Source: Eledone cirrhosa (lineage: Eukaryota). Taken from it: a stretch of DNA of 64,000 nucleotides. Every line of letters starts with the position of its first letter. Position 1 is the first letter of the stretch. The DNA lies in contig OZ024740.1 in assembly GCA_964016885.1 (NCBI GenBank), positions 356,934,001 to 356,998,000 on the forward strand, in the 5' to 3' direction. Positions 1 through 12,000 of the stretch are shown here, piece after piece. Under the pieces are notes generated by a model. It ran no database searches. It was not told where the DNA came from and saw nothing but the letters and a program-made list of their open reading frames with translations. The translations under genes were made by a program, and so were the position numbers.

Positions 1-540
1 TCTGGTCTCCACACACGAAACAAATTATAATGAAAACTGAAGCACTTCAAATATCAATCACAAAAAGGATTGACGACGGCATGACATGCCTTGACTGTTG
101 GGGTCGACTAGAAAAGCTCAAATTCTATTTTCTCCAGCATCGTCGTGAGCGCTACATTATCTGCATGATGTAGAAAGTTGGCGCCATCTTTATAATACAG
201 CTAAGGCATGCGCCCGTGCTATCCATCCAGAACAAAAATAAAACTGGCATCTCATAACATTACGGCACAATTATTTCATCTCAACTGGTCCCACTCTCTT
301 TAACATTTCACCAAAACTCATAAAAATAGAACAAATCCCATAAAATTCAAACCGTCTTCGGAGAAATTCTTCCAAGAAATTCCAGATAACCCCTTTACAG
401 CTGGATGTGTCTCCAAAAACAATAACTCTACTTGAGAAGGCTATGGTGTCTAAATCATAATTTGAAAGACTTCGCCAGGTAGTGCTATTAGGTAAGACAT
501 GGCCTGGACCCACACTGCCAGAAACCTATCAAAATTATCA
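1..540 (+). mobile_element. CR1/L2-group LINE 3' fragment (degraded RT C-terminus)
   Basis: Manual translation gives WSPHTKQ..ITKRI..CWGRLEKLKFYFLQHRRERYII and later STGPTLFNISPKLIK..FQEIPDNP, matching the post-RT region of CR1/Crack-type LINEs; stops and frameshifts present. Confidence 0.7.
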
Positions 541-543
541 AAG

Positions 544-666
<123 letters not shown>

Positions 667-834
667 GTAAAGGATTACCCAAGATGTAGTAATGGTTAAT
701 TACTACACTGGATATGGTTGACGTACGGTGAGAGGTTACTCTACGAGTTATGGAAGAATTGTTGAAGAAACTTAGTTCCTGATCCTTCTGTATTCCGGAG
801 TGTATATAAAGAATGAATATATATATATAACAAA

Positions 835-910
835 GGTGTGGTAAGATACCAGGTGGACCATAACGCACCAGAATGTTCGATACTTAGGGTAGTAGAGTGG
901 GTAATAGCTT
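835..910 (-). repeat. Tail fragment of the repeat family also at 11876-11958
   Basis: GGTGTGGTAAGATACCAGGTGGACCATAACGCACCAGA..GGGTAGTAGAGTGGGTAATAG is a diverged reverse complement of 11874-11948; abuts (TA)n. Confidence 0.75.
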
Positions 911-943
911 TTTTTAAACGTATCTTTTGCTTGCAATGCTTAC

Positions 944-1054
<111 letters not shown>

Positions 1055-1077
1055 TGTATGTGTGTATATATATATTT

Positions 1078-1490
1078 ATGTCAGGTCACCAGTTGGTGCT
1101 ACTGGTAACATGTATCCCAGTACAACCTGTCTCATGGTCGGGTCGTTGGCGACTAAACTGGCAACCCCACCAAGGTTTCTTGGTGAGGAGGGTGACTTTA
1201 GACATCCTGCAGGACTAAAAACAAAACCTGTCAAAGGGCAAAGGAGCTCTTAAGAGTCAATGGCCATCCAAAATCACCAGGAGAGATGACCCCTTAGCCT
1301 TTGTCAAGGCAGAATTCTAGGGGAAGGAAAACTCTGATATAACACCTGCAACCCTGATGGTATCCAATGATGTTGACTTGTTCTTCTTTTTGGTAAATAT
1401 CATCTTGGTTAAGAGAGTGGGACTGGCTTTGTGCAGTGCCTTTGCTCACTATAAAAGCTTCACGGCACAGGCATTGCTTTATCTCTGGAG
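1078..1490 (+). mobile_element. Dispersed repeat resembling an RTE 5' UTR / RTE-related SINE
   Basis: Shares AAACAAAACCTG.CAAAGGGC..TAAGAGTCAA.GGCCATCCAA with 31245-31300 and CCTTTGTCAAGGCA..TTCTAGG.GAAGG.AA.CTC..AACCTGC with 31360-31440 and 58950-59030. Confidence 0.55.
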
Positions 1491-1784
1491 ATCTCTCTGC
1501 ACTTGTCCTCACATGGTACCATGGGCCCAGCACTATGTGTCAATAATTGTCACAAGTGTAGTGTTTGTACCAGAGTTTTCAAGTCACTGGCTGGACTAAA
1601 AAGTCACACTCGTTCAGCGCTTCGGTAGGGGTTCTCCTACATGGATATAAAGTAGTGGCCGTACTCGAAAACGAGTTGGCAGCCACCATATATATATTAA
1701 AGGAACGATCGACTTTCGTCAAATCGGACCGAGGAAACAATGTTTCCGTTGGTCTTTCCAATTGCTAATACTATCTATCGGTCG

Positions 1785-1910
1785 CAACTCCAGGTAGAAG
1801 GAGCAAAGTGAAATAAAGTGTCTTGCTCAAGGACATAACGCATCGCCCGGTCCAGGAATTGAACTCACAACCTCACAATTGCGAATCCAATTCTCTAACC
1901 ACTCCGCCAC
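1785..1910 (-). mobile_element. tRNA-derived SINE, 5' part
   Basis: Minus strand GTGGCGGAGTGGTTAG (A box), GAGTTCAATTCC (B box), then CCTTGAGCAAGACACTTTATTTCAC; related to 13595-14018. Confidence 0.8.
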
Positions 1911-1927
1911 AAAGAGAATGAGTGTGT

Positions 1928-1996
<69 letters not shown>

Positions 1997-2886
1997 ACTT
2001 ATTTGTATAGTTTAAAAAGAAAATAATTAAATAAATAAAAGTACATTTTAGTCTTTAATAATTGATAGAATAACCGAACCCGGTATCGAACGATGTAAAA
2101 TACTTCAGCAAATCGATACTTAAGTGTAAAGTAGGTAAGACCACAAATATTCCAAAGGTTGATATTTGTAATATAACCTTAAGAAATGTTTAAAGTTTCG
2201 TACATTCGTGATGGTTTAGTAGTACAACTGTTGGTCATATAGTAGTATAACTGCTAATTCTAAATGGTAAATACTGCTCAGAGTTCAATCTCCTCGGCGA
2301 AGATATAATCTTTTTTTGTGTGTTGTTTTTGTTTCGTCAACTAGAAGAATGTAGAAGAAGCACCGCTGACCTTGGAAGCTCTAGCTGTGGTTCTGTGGCT
2401 GCAGCTTCCTTTGGTTTCGCTGAGCGTCTGGCTATAGCAATCATCATCATCATGTATATACACACACACGTGTATATATATATATATACTGAGTGTGAAA
2501 ACCGTAGCTCATTACTGCTATTTTGTGGATGTGTATAATTCACAAGATCATTTTTATTGGAGAAGGTAAACATATTTAATATTTTTACTGTACAATTTTA
2601 CGGTCAATTGCATACACAGACATAGAGAGGATTTTTTTTATTTTATTTATTCGATATAAAAATTGAATAATACTATTTTAGTTTTATGTAGGCCCCTTTG
2701 TCTCTTCCTAGCAATCAATATTTTTTAAACCCAGCCCGACAATATATATATATATATATATATGAATATAGACATAGAATATTAGAAAATATTCTGTATG
2801 TTTATAATAAACATTTTGAAGACCTAATCGCTATAGAATAGAATACGTCACGTATTACAATTAGATTCTCGATAAAAGCAAGGGAA

Positions 2887-2929
2887 GTAATCTACGCGTT
2901 TCATTCTTGTTAGAAATCATCAGGACTAC
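2887..2929 (-). ncRNA. Type I hammerhead ribozyme (copies also at 3197-3239, 3507-3549, 3817-3859; partial at 4127-4141)
   Basis: Minus strand GUAGUC-CUGAUGA-UUUCUAACAAGAAU-GAAA-CGCG-UA-GAUUAC: full core, helix I, and palindromic minimal helix III. Confidence 0.88.
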
Positions 2930-4293
2930 ATATCCAGTGCTTTTATCGAGAATGACACAGCTAGAGACTTATAGAATACTTAGCTGTGTACAGGAACTGG
3001 TTTGAAAGAGCGGTTGCCGGTCCGGCAGAAATTAGAAATTGGAATAAATGCTCTGAAATAGCGATATATATGTGAATATAGACATAGAATATTAGAAAAT
3101 ATTCTGTATGTTTATAATAAACATTTTGAAGACCTAATCGCTATAGAATAGAATACGTCACGTATTACAATTAGATTCTCGATAAAAGCAAGGGAAGTAA
3201 TCTACGCGTTTCATTCTTGTTAGAAATCATCAGGACTACATATCCAGTGCTTTTATCGAGAATGACACAGCTAGAGACTTATAGAATACTTAGCTGTGTA
3301 CAGGAACTGGTTTGAAAGAGCGGTTGCCGGTCCGGCAGAAATTAGAAATTGGAATAAATGCTCTGAAATAGCGATATATATGTGAATATAGACATAGAAT
3401 ATTAGAAAATATTCTGTATGTTTATAATAAACATTTTGAAGACCTAATCGCTATAGAATAGAATACGTCACGTATTACAATTAGATTCTCGATAAAAGCA
3501 AGGGAAGTAATCTACGCGTTTCATTCTTGTTAGAAATCATCAGGACTACATATCCAGTGCTTTTATCGAGAATGACACAGCTAGAGACTTATAGAATACT
3601 TAGCTGTGTACAGGAACTGGTTTGAAAGAGCGGTTGCCGGTCCGGCAGAAATTAGAAATTGGAATAAATGCTCTGAAATAGCGATATATATGTGAATATA
3701 GACATAGAATATTAGAAAATATTCTGTATGTTTATAATAAACATTTTGAAGACCTAATCGCTATAGAATAGAATACGTCACGTATTACAATTAGATTCTC
3801 GATAAAAGCAAGGGAAGTAATCTACGCGTTTCATTCTTGTTAGAAATCATCAGGACTACATATCCAGTGCTTTTATCGAGAATGACACAGCTAGAGACTT
3901 ATAGAATACTTAGCTGTGTACAGGAACTGGTTTGAAAGAGCGGTTGCCGGTCCGGCAGAAATTAGAAATTGGAATAAATGCTCTGAAATAGCGATATATA
4001 TGTGAATATAGACATAGAATATTAGAAAATATTCTGTATGTTTATAATAAACATTTTGAAGACCTAATCGCTATAGAATAGAATACGTCACGTATTACAA
4101 TTAGATTCTCGATAAAAGCAAGGGAAGTAATCTACGCGTTTGTCTATTCACATATATATCGCTATTTCAGAGCATTTATTCCAATTTCTAATTTCTGCCG
4201 GACCGGCAACCGCTCTTTCAAACCAGTTCCTGTACACAGCTAAGTATTCTATAAGTCTCTAGCTGTGTCATTCTCGATAAAAGCACTGGATAT

Positions 4294-4336
4294 GTTGTCC
4301 TGATGATTTCTAACAAGAATGAAACGCGTAGATTAC
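4294..4336 (+). ncRNA. Type I hammerhead ribozyme (copies also at 4604, 4914, 5224, 5534, 5844, 6154, 6464)
   Basis: Same motif on the plus strand; predicted cleavage after GUA (4330 in this copy). Helix I is extended by a 16-bp stem ATTCTCGATAAAAGCA/TGCTTTTATCGAGAAT. This first copy has an A>T change at 4296. Confidence 0.88.
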
Positions 4337-6686
4337 TTCCCTTGCTTTTATCGAGAATCTAATTGTAATACGTGACGTATTCTATTCTATAGCGATTAGG
4401 TCTTCAAAATGTTTATTATAAACATACAGAATATTTTCTAATATTCTATGTCTATATTCACATATATATCGCTATTTCAGAGCATTTATTCCAATTTCTA
4501 ATTTCTGCCGGACCGGCAACCGCTCTTTCAAACCAGTTCCTGTACACAGCTAAGTATTCTATAAGTCTCTAGCTGTGTCATTCTCGATAAAAGCACTGGA
4601 TATGTAGTCCTGATGATTTCTAACAAGAATGAAACGCGTAGATTACTTCCCTTGCTTTTATCGAGAATCTAATTGTAATACGTGACGTATTCTATTCTAT
4701 AGCGATTAGGTCTTCAAAATGTTTATTATAAACATACAGAATATTTTCTAATATTCTATGTCTATATTCACATATATATCGCTATTTCAGAGCATTTATT
4801 CCAATTTCTAATTTCTGCCGGACCGGCAACCGCTCTTTCAAACCAGTTCCTGTACACAGCTAAGTATTCTATAAGTCTCTAGCTGTGTCATTCTCGATAA
4901 AAGCACTGGATATGTAGTCCTGATGATTTCTAACAAGAATGAAACGCGTAGATTACTTCCCTTGCTTTTATCGAGAATCTAATTGTAATACGTGACGTAT
5001 TCTATTCTATAGCGATTAGGTCTTCAAAATGTTTATTATAAACATACAGAATATTTTCTAATATTCTATGTCTATATTCACATATATATCGCTATTTCAG
5101 AGCATTTATTCCAATTTCTAATTTCTGCCGGACCGGCAACCGCTCTTTCAAACCAGTTCCTGTACACAGCTAAGTATTCTATAAGTCTCTAGCTGTGTCA
5201 TTCTCGATAAAAGCACTGGATATGTAGTCCTGATGATTTCTAACAAGAATGAAACGCGTAGATTACTTCCCTTGCTTTTATCGAGAATCTAATTGTAATA
5301 CGTGACGTATTCTATTCTATAGCGATTAGGTCTTCAAAATGTTTATTATAAACATACAGAATATTTTCTAATATTCTATGTCTATATTCACATATATATC
5401 GCTATTTCAGAGCATTTATTCCAATTTCTAATTTCTGCCGGACCGGCAACCGCTCTTTCAAACCAGTTCCTGTACACAGCTAAGTATTCTATAAGTCTCT
5501 AGCTGTGTCATTCTCGATAAAAGCACTGGATATGTAGTCCTGATGATTTCTAACAAGAATGAAACGCGTAGATTACTTCCCTTGCTTTTATCGAGAATCT
5601 AATTGTAATACGTGACGTATTCTATTCTATAGCGATTAGGTCTTCAAAATGTTTATTATAAACATACAGAATATTTTCTAATATTCTATGTCTATATTCA
5701 CATATATATCGCTATTTCAGAGCATTTATTCCAATTTCTAATTTCTGCCGGACCGGCAACCGCTCTTTCAAACCAGTTCCTGTACACAGCTAAGTATTCT
5801 ATAAGTCTCTAGCTGTGTCATTCTCGATAAAAGCACTGGATATGTAGTCCTGATGATTTCTAACAAGAATGAAACGCGTAGATTACTTCCCTTGCTTTTA
5901 TCGAGAATCTAATTGTAATACGTGACGTATTCTATTCTATAGCGATTAGGTCTTCAAAATGTTTATTATAAACATACAGAATATTTTCTAATATTCTATG
6001 TCTATATTCACATATATATCGCTATTTCAGAGCATTTATTCCAATTTCTAATTTCTGCCGGACCGGCAACCGCTCTTTCAAACCAGTTCCTGTACACAGC
6101 TAAGTATTCTATAAGTCTCTAGCTGTGTCATTCTCGATAAAAGCACTGGATATGTAGTCCTGATGATTTCTAACAAGAATGAAACGCGTAGATTACTTCC
6201 CTTGCTTTTATCGAGAATCTAATTGTAATACGTGACGTATTCTATTCTATAGCGATTAGGTCTTCAAAATGTTTATTATAAACATACAGAATATTTTCTA
6301 ATATTCTATGTCTATATTCACATATATATCGCTATTTCAGAGCATTTATTCCAATTTCTAATTTCTGCCGGACCGGCAACCGCTCTTTCAAACCAGTTCC
6401 TGTACACAGCTAAGTATTCTATAAGTCTCTAGCTGTGTCATTCTCGATAAAAGCACTGGATATGTAGTCCTGATGATTTCTAACAAGAATGAAACGCGTA
6501 GATTACTTCCCTTGCTTTTATCGAGAATCTAATTGTAATACGTGACGTATTCTATTCTATAGCGATTAGGTCTTCAAAATGTTTATTATAAACATACAGA
6601 ATATTTTCTAATATTCTATGTCTATATTCACATATATATCGCTATTTCAGAGCATTTATTCCAATATATATATATATATATATATA

Positions 6687-8820
6687 GTATAAAAGAGAAA
6701 ACACAGGGAAGCATTAAGAGAAGGATTTTATCCAGGTATTTACGACCGTTTCATTGGTAAGTGCAACCTTATATTGCTATACTGCAAATAGCAGCCACTC
6801 AATTATAATTGTTGTTCACAGTCCAAATTTTCAAAATAGTAAGTTACTCTTGAAGTAATTCTTAATATATAGAGACAAACATTTATTTGGAATTGTATTT
6901 ACTAGTATAGAGAGAGAGAGGAATCAGAAGGTGGGGGACAAACGGAATAGTACAGAGAGAGAGGAAGGGGGAGAGGTAGGAAATAGAGTGACAAACTGAG
7001 ATGGAGGGAGAGGTGGGGGTAGAAGGATTCCTTGGTCAGTTTTGATAGCAGACTTCATGTGGAATATAGTGAGTTAAAGAGAATTAAATTGATCATAGTG
7101 GGAGGGATGGATAGAGAGGGAGAGAGAGATGGGAGAGATATAAAGAGATAAATGTATATATATATATAAAAAATGAAGATAAAGATAATAATGACAAAAA
7201 TAAAAGCAAAGAAGGGGGTGAGAAAGAAGAAAAGATAGCCAAGAAGGGGAGGGAAGGAAGGAAGAAAACGAAGAAATAGAAGAGGAATGAGAGAGAAGGG
7301 AGGGATATATGTATTGGTTTTGTGGGTAATTAAAAGGGTTTAGATACAACAAAAGGGTATAAAGTCTAAGTACATGCAGTTTGTCAGTTGGTAGTAAAAG
7401 GTTAAGTGTTCGATTTGTAGTGCGAAAACTTCTCTTTGAGTCTATGGTTACAATAAATAGATCTTTCGATTTTATTGTTGAGTAACTTATTCTTCGAACT
7501 TAAGATGTGGAACAGCTCAAGGTCGCACAATCGACAGCTTCTTATACCACTCTGATATGGGGCGCGTTCGATAATTTTTTACACTTCAGGGTGTATTGAT
7601 GGTTACTTTCCCTCAGTTGCCAGGTCTTGTTTGCAAGGGTAGTTACATAACGGTGCTGGGAATGTTTCATTGCGTAACGGTGTGTATACCAACGGGCTTT
7701 AAATGTATTCCCAGTCACTCCGATGTAATACCATTTCTGGTTGTCTGATTCCACTGTGCATTGGTAAACCAGGTTAGACTGCATACATTCATTATGTAAT
7801 GGACAGGTTTCAGGTAGGTGGCAGTTACAGTTCTTGTCATGGGCAACTTTGGCATTATTTGTGGGCTGCGATGCCTGTACAAGTGTGTTACGTTTTGTTT
7901 GCCTATTAGCGGGTGGTTGTGTATTAGATATTCTGTTGTGTTCGGTGGTGATTGTATTGTTATTGTTGTAAATTTGTGTTTTGGTGTTGTTATGTATCTT
8001 TTTAGCGTTAAGCATCTTAATGTGTGCCTCTATATTTGGTGCCGTGGAGTAAGATAGTCTAATAGATTTAGTGTTAAGGATTTTGCTGTATCTATGTGAA
8101 TCTGGAAAGTGCTTATTTATTATTCTAAAGAAGGTAGAGGGTAGGTTAGTACTAATAGAAGTGTTAAATATGGGGTTATACCAAATATATTTTCTACTGC
8201 GTGACTTGTTTGATTTCGATGTTGTATTTCTATTTGCCGTATACTTTGCAGTTCTATGCGTAAGTGCGTGTGTGCGTGTGCTACCGAAGTTTGTGTTATG
8301 CGTGTTCGTGTGCGCTTCACGGAGGCTTTCATCTATATATTCTACTCTATCTAAGTGGCCTGCCTTGTCTAATGCGGTATTGTAGTATTCTGCATGTTCT
8401 TCGAAGATTTGTTGGTTAAACGACAGGCGGGAGATCCTAAGGGATATGCTGCGTGGAATGGATTTAATTATGGATAGTGGGTGGTTTGAGTTACAGTTGA
8501 TGTATGCTAAGTTTTCATTAATCTTGTGAAAAGGTCTTATAAGTCCCGTATTTAGGTTAAGCGTCACGTCTAGAAAGTTAACTGTTTTAGTGCTATACTC
8601 ATACGTTATGCTAAGGCCTAGTTTTCCGAGAGTCTTTCTAATATTCTGACGGAGTCTTTCTATGCTCTGGTTATTTAGGTTCTTAACTAGGAGAAGGGCA
8701 TCGTCTCTGTAGATTCCACCGTGAAGGTCGTTAAACTCACTTTGTAAACAATGGGCTATGTAAATACCTACTAAATCTGTGACTTGAGCCGAGTTGTTAG
8801 CCCCCATCGTGATGTCAAAC
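6687..8820 (-). mobile_element. Penelope-like element, Hydra-clade-like, 5'-truncated
   Basis: RT plus GIY-YIG ORF followed by an ~700-bp 3' region ending at (TA)n. A residual half-hammerhead (UGAAACGGUCGUA) lies at ~6741-6753. Confidence 0.85.
7542..8807 (-). pseudogene. PLE reverse transcriptase C-terminal half + GIY-YIG endonuclease (truncated, frameshifted near the C-terminus)
   Basis: Motifs FDITMG..DLVG, GIYRDDAL, VNFLDVTLNL, SNHP, CNCHLPETCPL linker, LVYQC..YYIGVT..FKARW; continues off-frame as CRLCDLE..LLN..CNH to ~7400. Confidence 0.88.
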
Positions 8821-8841
8821 TAACTATATATATCTATCTAT

Positions 8842-9655
8842 CTAAGGCGGGTAAAATTCCCGAGATCCATGGACGAGTTCTCTCCAGCGGTCTCTGTCCC
8901 TCATTATCGCTGCCATATCCTGCATCTCCAACAGACCAGTGTCTGTCCTTAGGGCATCAACATATGTTAACCTTGGTCTTCCTCTTCTAGTGTGTCCATG
9001 TAGGGGCTCCCAAAGGAGCACTGAGTGCAATGTCAACTCTGGATGTCGGTGAGCATGTCCAGCCAACCTCAGTCTTCTCTGTGTCACTTTTGAGCTGACT
9101 TTTGGGATGCTCCCATACAGCTCTGAGTTTTTCATCCTCAGTGTATACTGATTAATGTTCAGAGCCATCCTCAGCATTCTCGTGTAGCACCCATCCACCA
9201 TCTGAGTGAGTCTCTTGGTCAGTGTCCAAGTCTCAGACCCATACAGCAGCACAGACTCCACTACAGCAATGAAGAGGCGGATTTTCAGATCTCTACGAAG
9301 GTCCGACTTCCACACCGATCTCAAGCTGTGACACGCCGCCCAGGCCTTGCTCTTCCTCTCAACCACATCATCTTCCGTATTCCCAATCTTTGCTCCCAAA
9401 TACAGGAAGTCCTCAACCAATTCCAGCGGCTTCCCGCCTACATTAGTGATCCCCTCTGGCTTCTCAACATTCTCTACCAGATATTTTGTTTTAGTCTCAT
9501 TCATTCTCAGCCCCACACTCATCGACACAGTCTCAACCTCCCGCATAAAATCCTCTGCATCCTTCACTGTATTTGTCACCAAAACTATGTCGTCGGCAAA
9601 TTCAGCACCGATACCTTTTTCGCCCCAACTCTCCTGCTCTGAGCTGGTGCTACAG
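8842..9655 (-). pseudogene. RTE RT C-terminal half
   Basis: ADDIVLV, GLRMNETKT, DFLYLG, ESVLLYGSETWTLT, RRLRLAGH, RRGRP. Confidence 0.9.
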
Positions 9656-9659
9656 TAAA

Positions 9660-11437
9660 GTCCAACAGCCTATAGTCCAACCGAGGGGGACAGTGATGTG
9701 AATGCCGAGGAGTTCCATGAGGAGGTGTAGAGAGCTGTCAACACCACTCAGGCACACAATATCCTGCTTGTTTTGGGGGACTTCAATGCACATCTGAGTA
9801 AGGAGGGCAGTGAAGATCCTTGCTGGTACTTCCATAACAACACCAACCGAAATGGAAGACTACTGAGAGACACCCTGCTGGAGGCGAACTTGATGGCGAC
9901 CAACCTAAGGTTTAGGAAGAATCTGGGGAAGATGTGGACCTACATCTCAGATATGCACCTGTCCAAGTCCCAGATTGATTTCATTCTGGTGAGGAAAAAG
10001 TGGCGGAATAGTGTTCTGAACACGGAACCATACAGCTATTTCAGTACACTGGGTAGTGACCACCGGCTTGTTATGAGTGAGGTCCGCGTGAGCTTAAGAA
10101 AGAGCAAGGCTCATCCCCGGAGAACAATCTATGACTGGGGAGCTTTCAAGGAAGATGATAAGCTACAGGAGAGGTTCACAGTGGAAGTGAGAAACAGGTT
10201 TAGTGCTCTGTGTGGAGAGTCAGAGGAGAGAGAGATTGGATGGACTGAGGAGAGTGTGACGAGGAGGTACGGGCACTTCACCAATGCAGTGGCGAAAGCA
10301 AGTGAAACCCTGGTGCCGAGGAAAAAGAACAAAGGGAAGCACGTCAGCTCTGCAAACCCAAAAGTGTGTGCAGCCAGAAAACACCTGAAGGCTGCCAGGG
10401 ACCAATTCTATGCTGATCCTACGGAGGAGAGGATGGAGACTATGGAGGTGATGAGGGAAGAGCTCTGTACCGCTTACACTGAGGTCAGAGAGGAGGCACT
10501 GATAGAGAAGATCAGAAGTGTGGAGAGAGCGGTTGACAGATCTGGATGTAAGGAGAGCTGGATGATCATCAACGAGATCACAGGGAGGAAGAAAAGGTGT
10601 TCGAGTCAGATCCAGGGAACGGGGCCCGAGGATAAGAAGAGGAAATGGCTAGACCATTTTAGGACCCTACTAGGAGAGCCACCCTCCACAGCCCAGAGCA
10701 CTGGGGAGATCAGGCGGCTGTTTGAGGAACTGGATGTTGAGACAGAGCCCTTCACCAGAGAGGAGCTTCAGAGAGCCAAGAAGAAGATCAAGGAGGTGCA
10801 AGGCTCATGGAGAAGATGGAGTGGCATCAGAGGTGATGAAGAGGTGTGATTTTGATGATATCATCCTGGGGTTCTGTAACGGGGCACTGGAGAAAGGAGT
10901 TGCCCCGAATCAGTGGAGGATCAGTAACATCGTCCCAGTGCCAAAGAAGGGAGATCTCTCTAACACCAACAACTACCGGGGGATCTCACTGACGTCACTT
11001 GTGGCAAAGACCCTCAACAGGATGATTCTTAACAGGATCCAGCCTGAGATGGAGAAGAAGCTCAGGGACAACCAGAACGGCTTCAGAGAGGGTAGATCAA
11101 CCACCAGTCACATCCTGATGCTGAGGAGGATATTAGAGGGAGCTAGAGCAAAGTGCCTTCCTGCGGTCATGGTTTTCATTGACTTTAGGAAGGCCTTTGA
11201 TTCTGTGGACCGTTACTGCCTGATGAAGATCTTACAGGCTTATGGAATCCCCAAGAGGATAGTGGACCTGATATCACTGCTCTACACCAACACCAAAGCC
11301 CGAGTCATTACACCTGATGGATGACAGAGTTCTTTGAGATACTGGCTGGAGTGCTCCAGGGAGATACATTGGCTCCCTACCTTTTTATCATCGTAGTGGA
11401 CTATTGTATGCGCCTTGCACTGGAGAAACACCAGGAC
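9660..11437 (+). pseudogene. RTE APE endonuclease + RT N-terminal half (frameshifts at ~10795 and ~11322)
   Basis: AYSPT, GDFNAH, IDFIL, SDHRLV; VPVPKKGDLS..NYRGISL, QNGFR, FIDFRKAFDSV, GVLQGDTLAPYLF. Confidence 0.9.
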
Positions 11438-11525
11438 TATATATATATATATATATATATAGTGGTAGAACACTGGAAAGTAATATCCGTAGTGGTAGAG
11501 CACTCAGTCCATGGGACGAGTTAGG

Positions 11526-11720
11526 TAGAAGTGGTTACACAACAGTTAGTTCACCATACCGAGAACAATTGTTTCACCTTAGCGGATCCTCAGCTCGTAA
11601 TGGACATGGTTATACAGTTGTCCGTCCTGTTCCGTATAACCATGTCCATTACGAGCTGAGGATCCGCTAAGGGGAAACAATTGTTCTCGGTATGGTGAAC
11701 TAACTGTTGTGTAAACCACA

Positions 11721-11724
<4 letters not shown>
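11526..11724. repeat. Near-perfect fold-back inverted repeat (~85-bp arms)
   Basis: Arms are reverse complements around the loop AGTTGTCCGTCCTGTTCC. Confidence 0.95.
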
Positions 11725-11762
<38 letters not shown>

Positions 11763-11765
<3 letters not shown>

Positions 11766-11874
11766 AAATGTATGACCCCGACGACAGAGCTCAAGCCGTT
11801 TCGGCTGCTATTTCTGCGTCCAGAAATAGCCGTCGAAACGGCTTGAGCTCTGTCGTCGGGGTCATACATTTTCC
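11763..11874. repeat. Near-perfect fold-back inverted repeat (~54-bp arms), element continues to ~11958
   Basis: GGAAAATGTATGACCCC...CTG cgtc CAG...GGGGTCATACATTTTCC. Confidence 0.95.
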
Positions 11875-11958
11875 TATTACCCACTCTACTACCCTAAGTA
11901 TTGAGTACTCTGGTGCGTTATGGTCCATCTGGTTCCTTACCACAACTCCTTCGTTTTT

Positions 11959-11997
<39 letters not shown>

Positions 11998-12000
<3 letters not shown>

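Larger units (their letters stand above)
2764..6665. repeat. 310-bp tandem array in two inverted blocks (retrozyme-like): ~4.4 units minus sense (2764-4141), ~8.1 units plus sense (4141-6665)
   Basis: Exact 310-bp period (unit starts 2764, 3074, 3384, 3694, 4004); orientation flips at ~4141; both outer ends abut (TA)n. Confidence 0.97.
8825..11437. mobile_element. RTE-clade LINE with 5' inversion
   Basis: 3' RT half is on minus (9655 to 8842) followed by a TAGA/TA tail; endonuclease and RT 5' half is on plus (9660-11437). Confidence 0.9.

Noticed and set aside
1080-1162. HDV-like ribozyme at the start of the RTE-UTR-like repeat
   Set aside because: Some pseudoknot-like pairing exists, but I could not fit P3/L3 in the HDV order by eye.
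2764-6665. CRISPR array or plain satellite
   Set aside because: Units are fully identical with no variable spacers and no cas genes; the ribozyme core and TA-anchored ends argue against a plain satellite.
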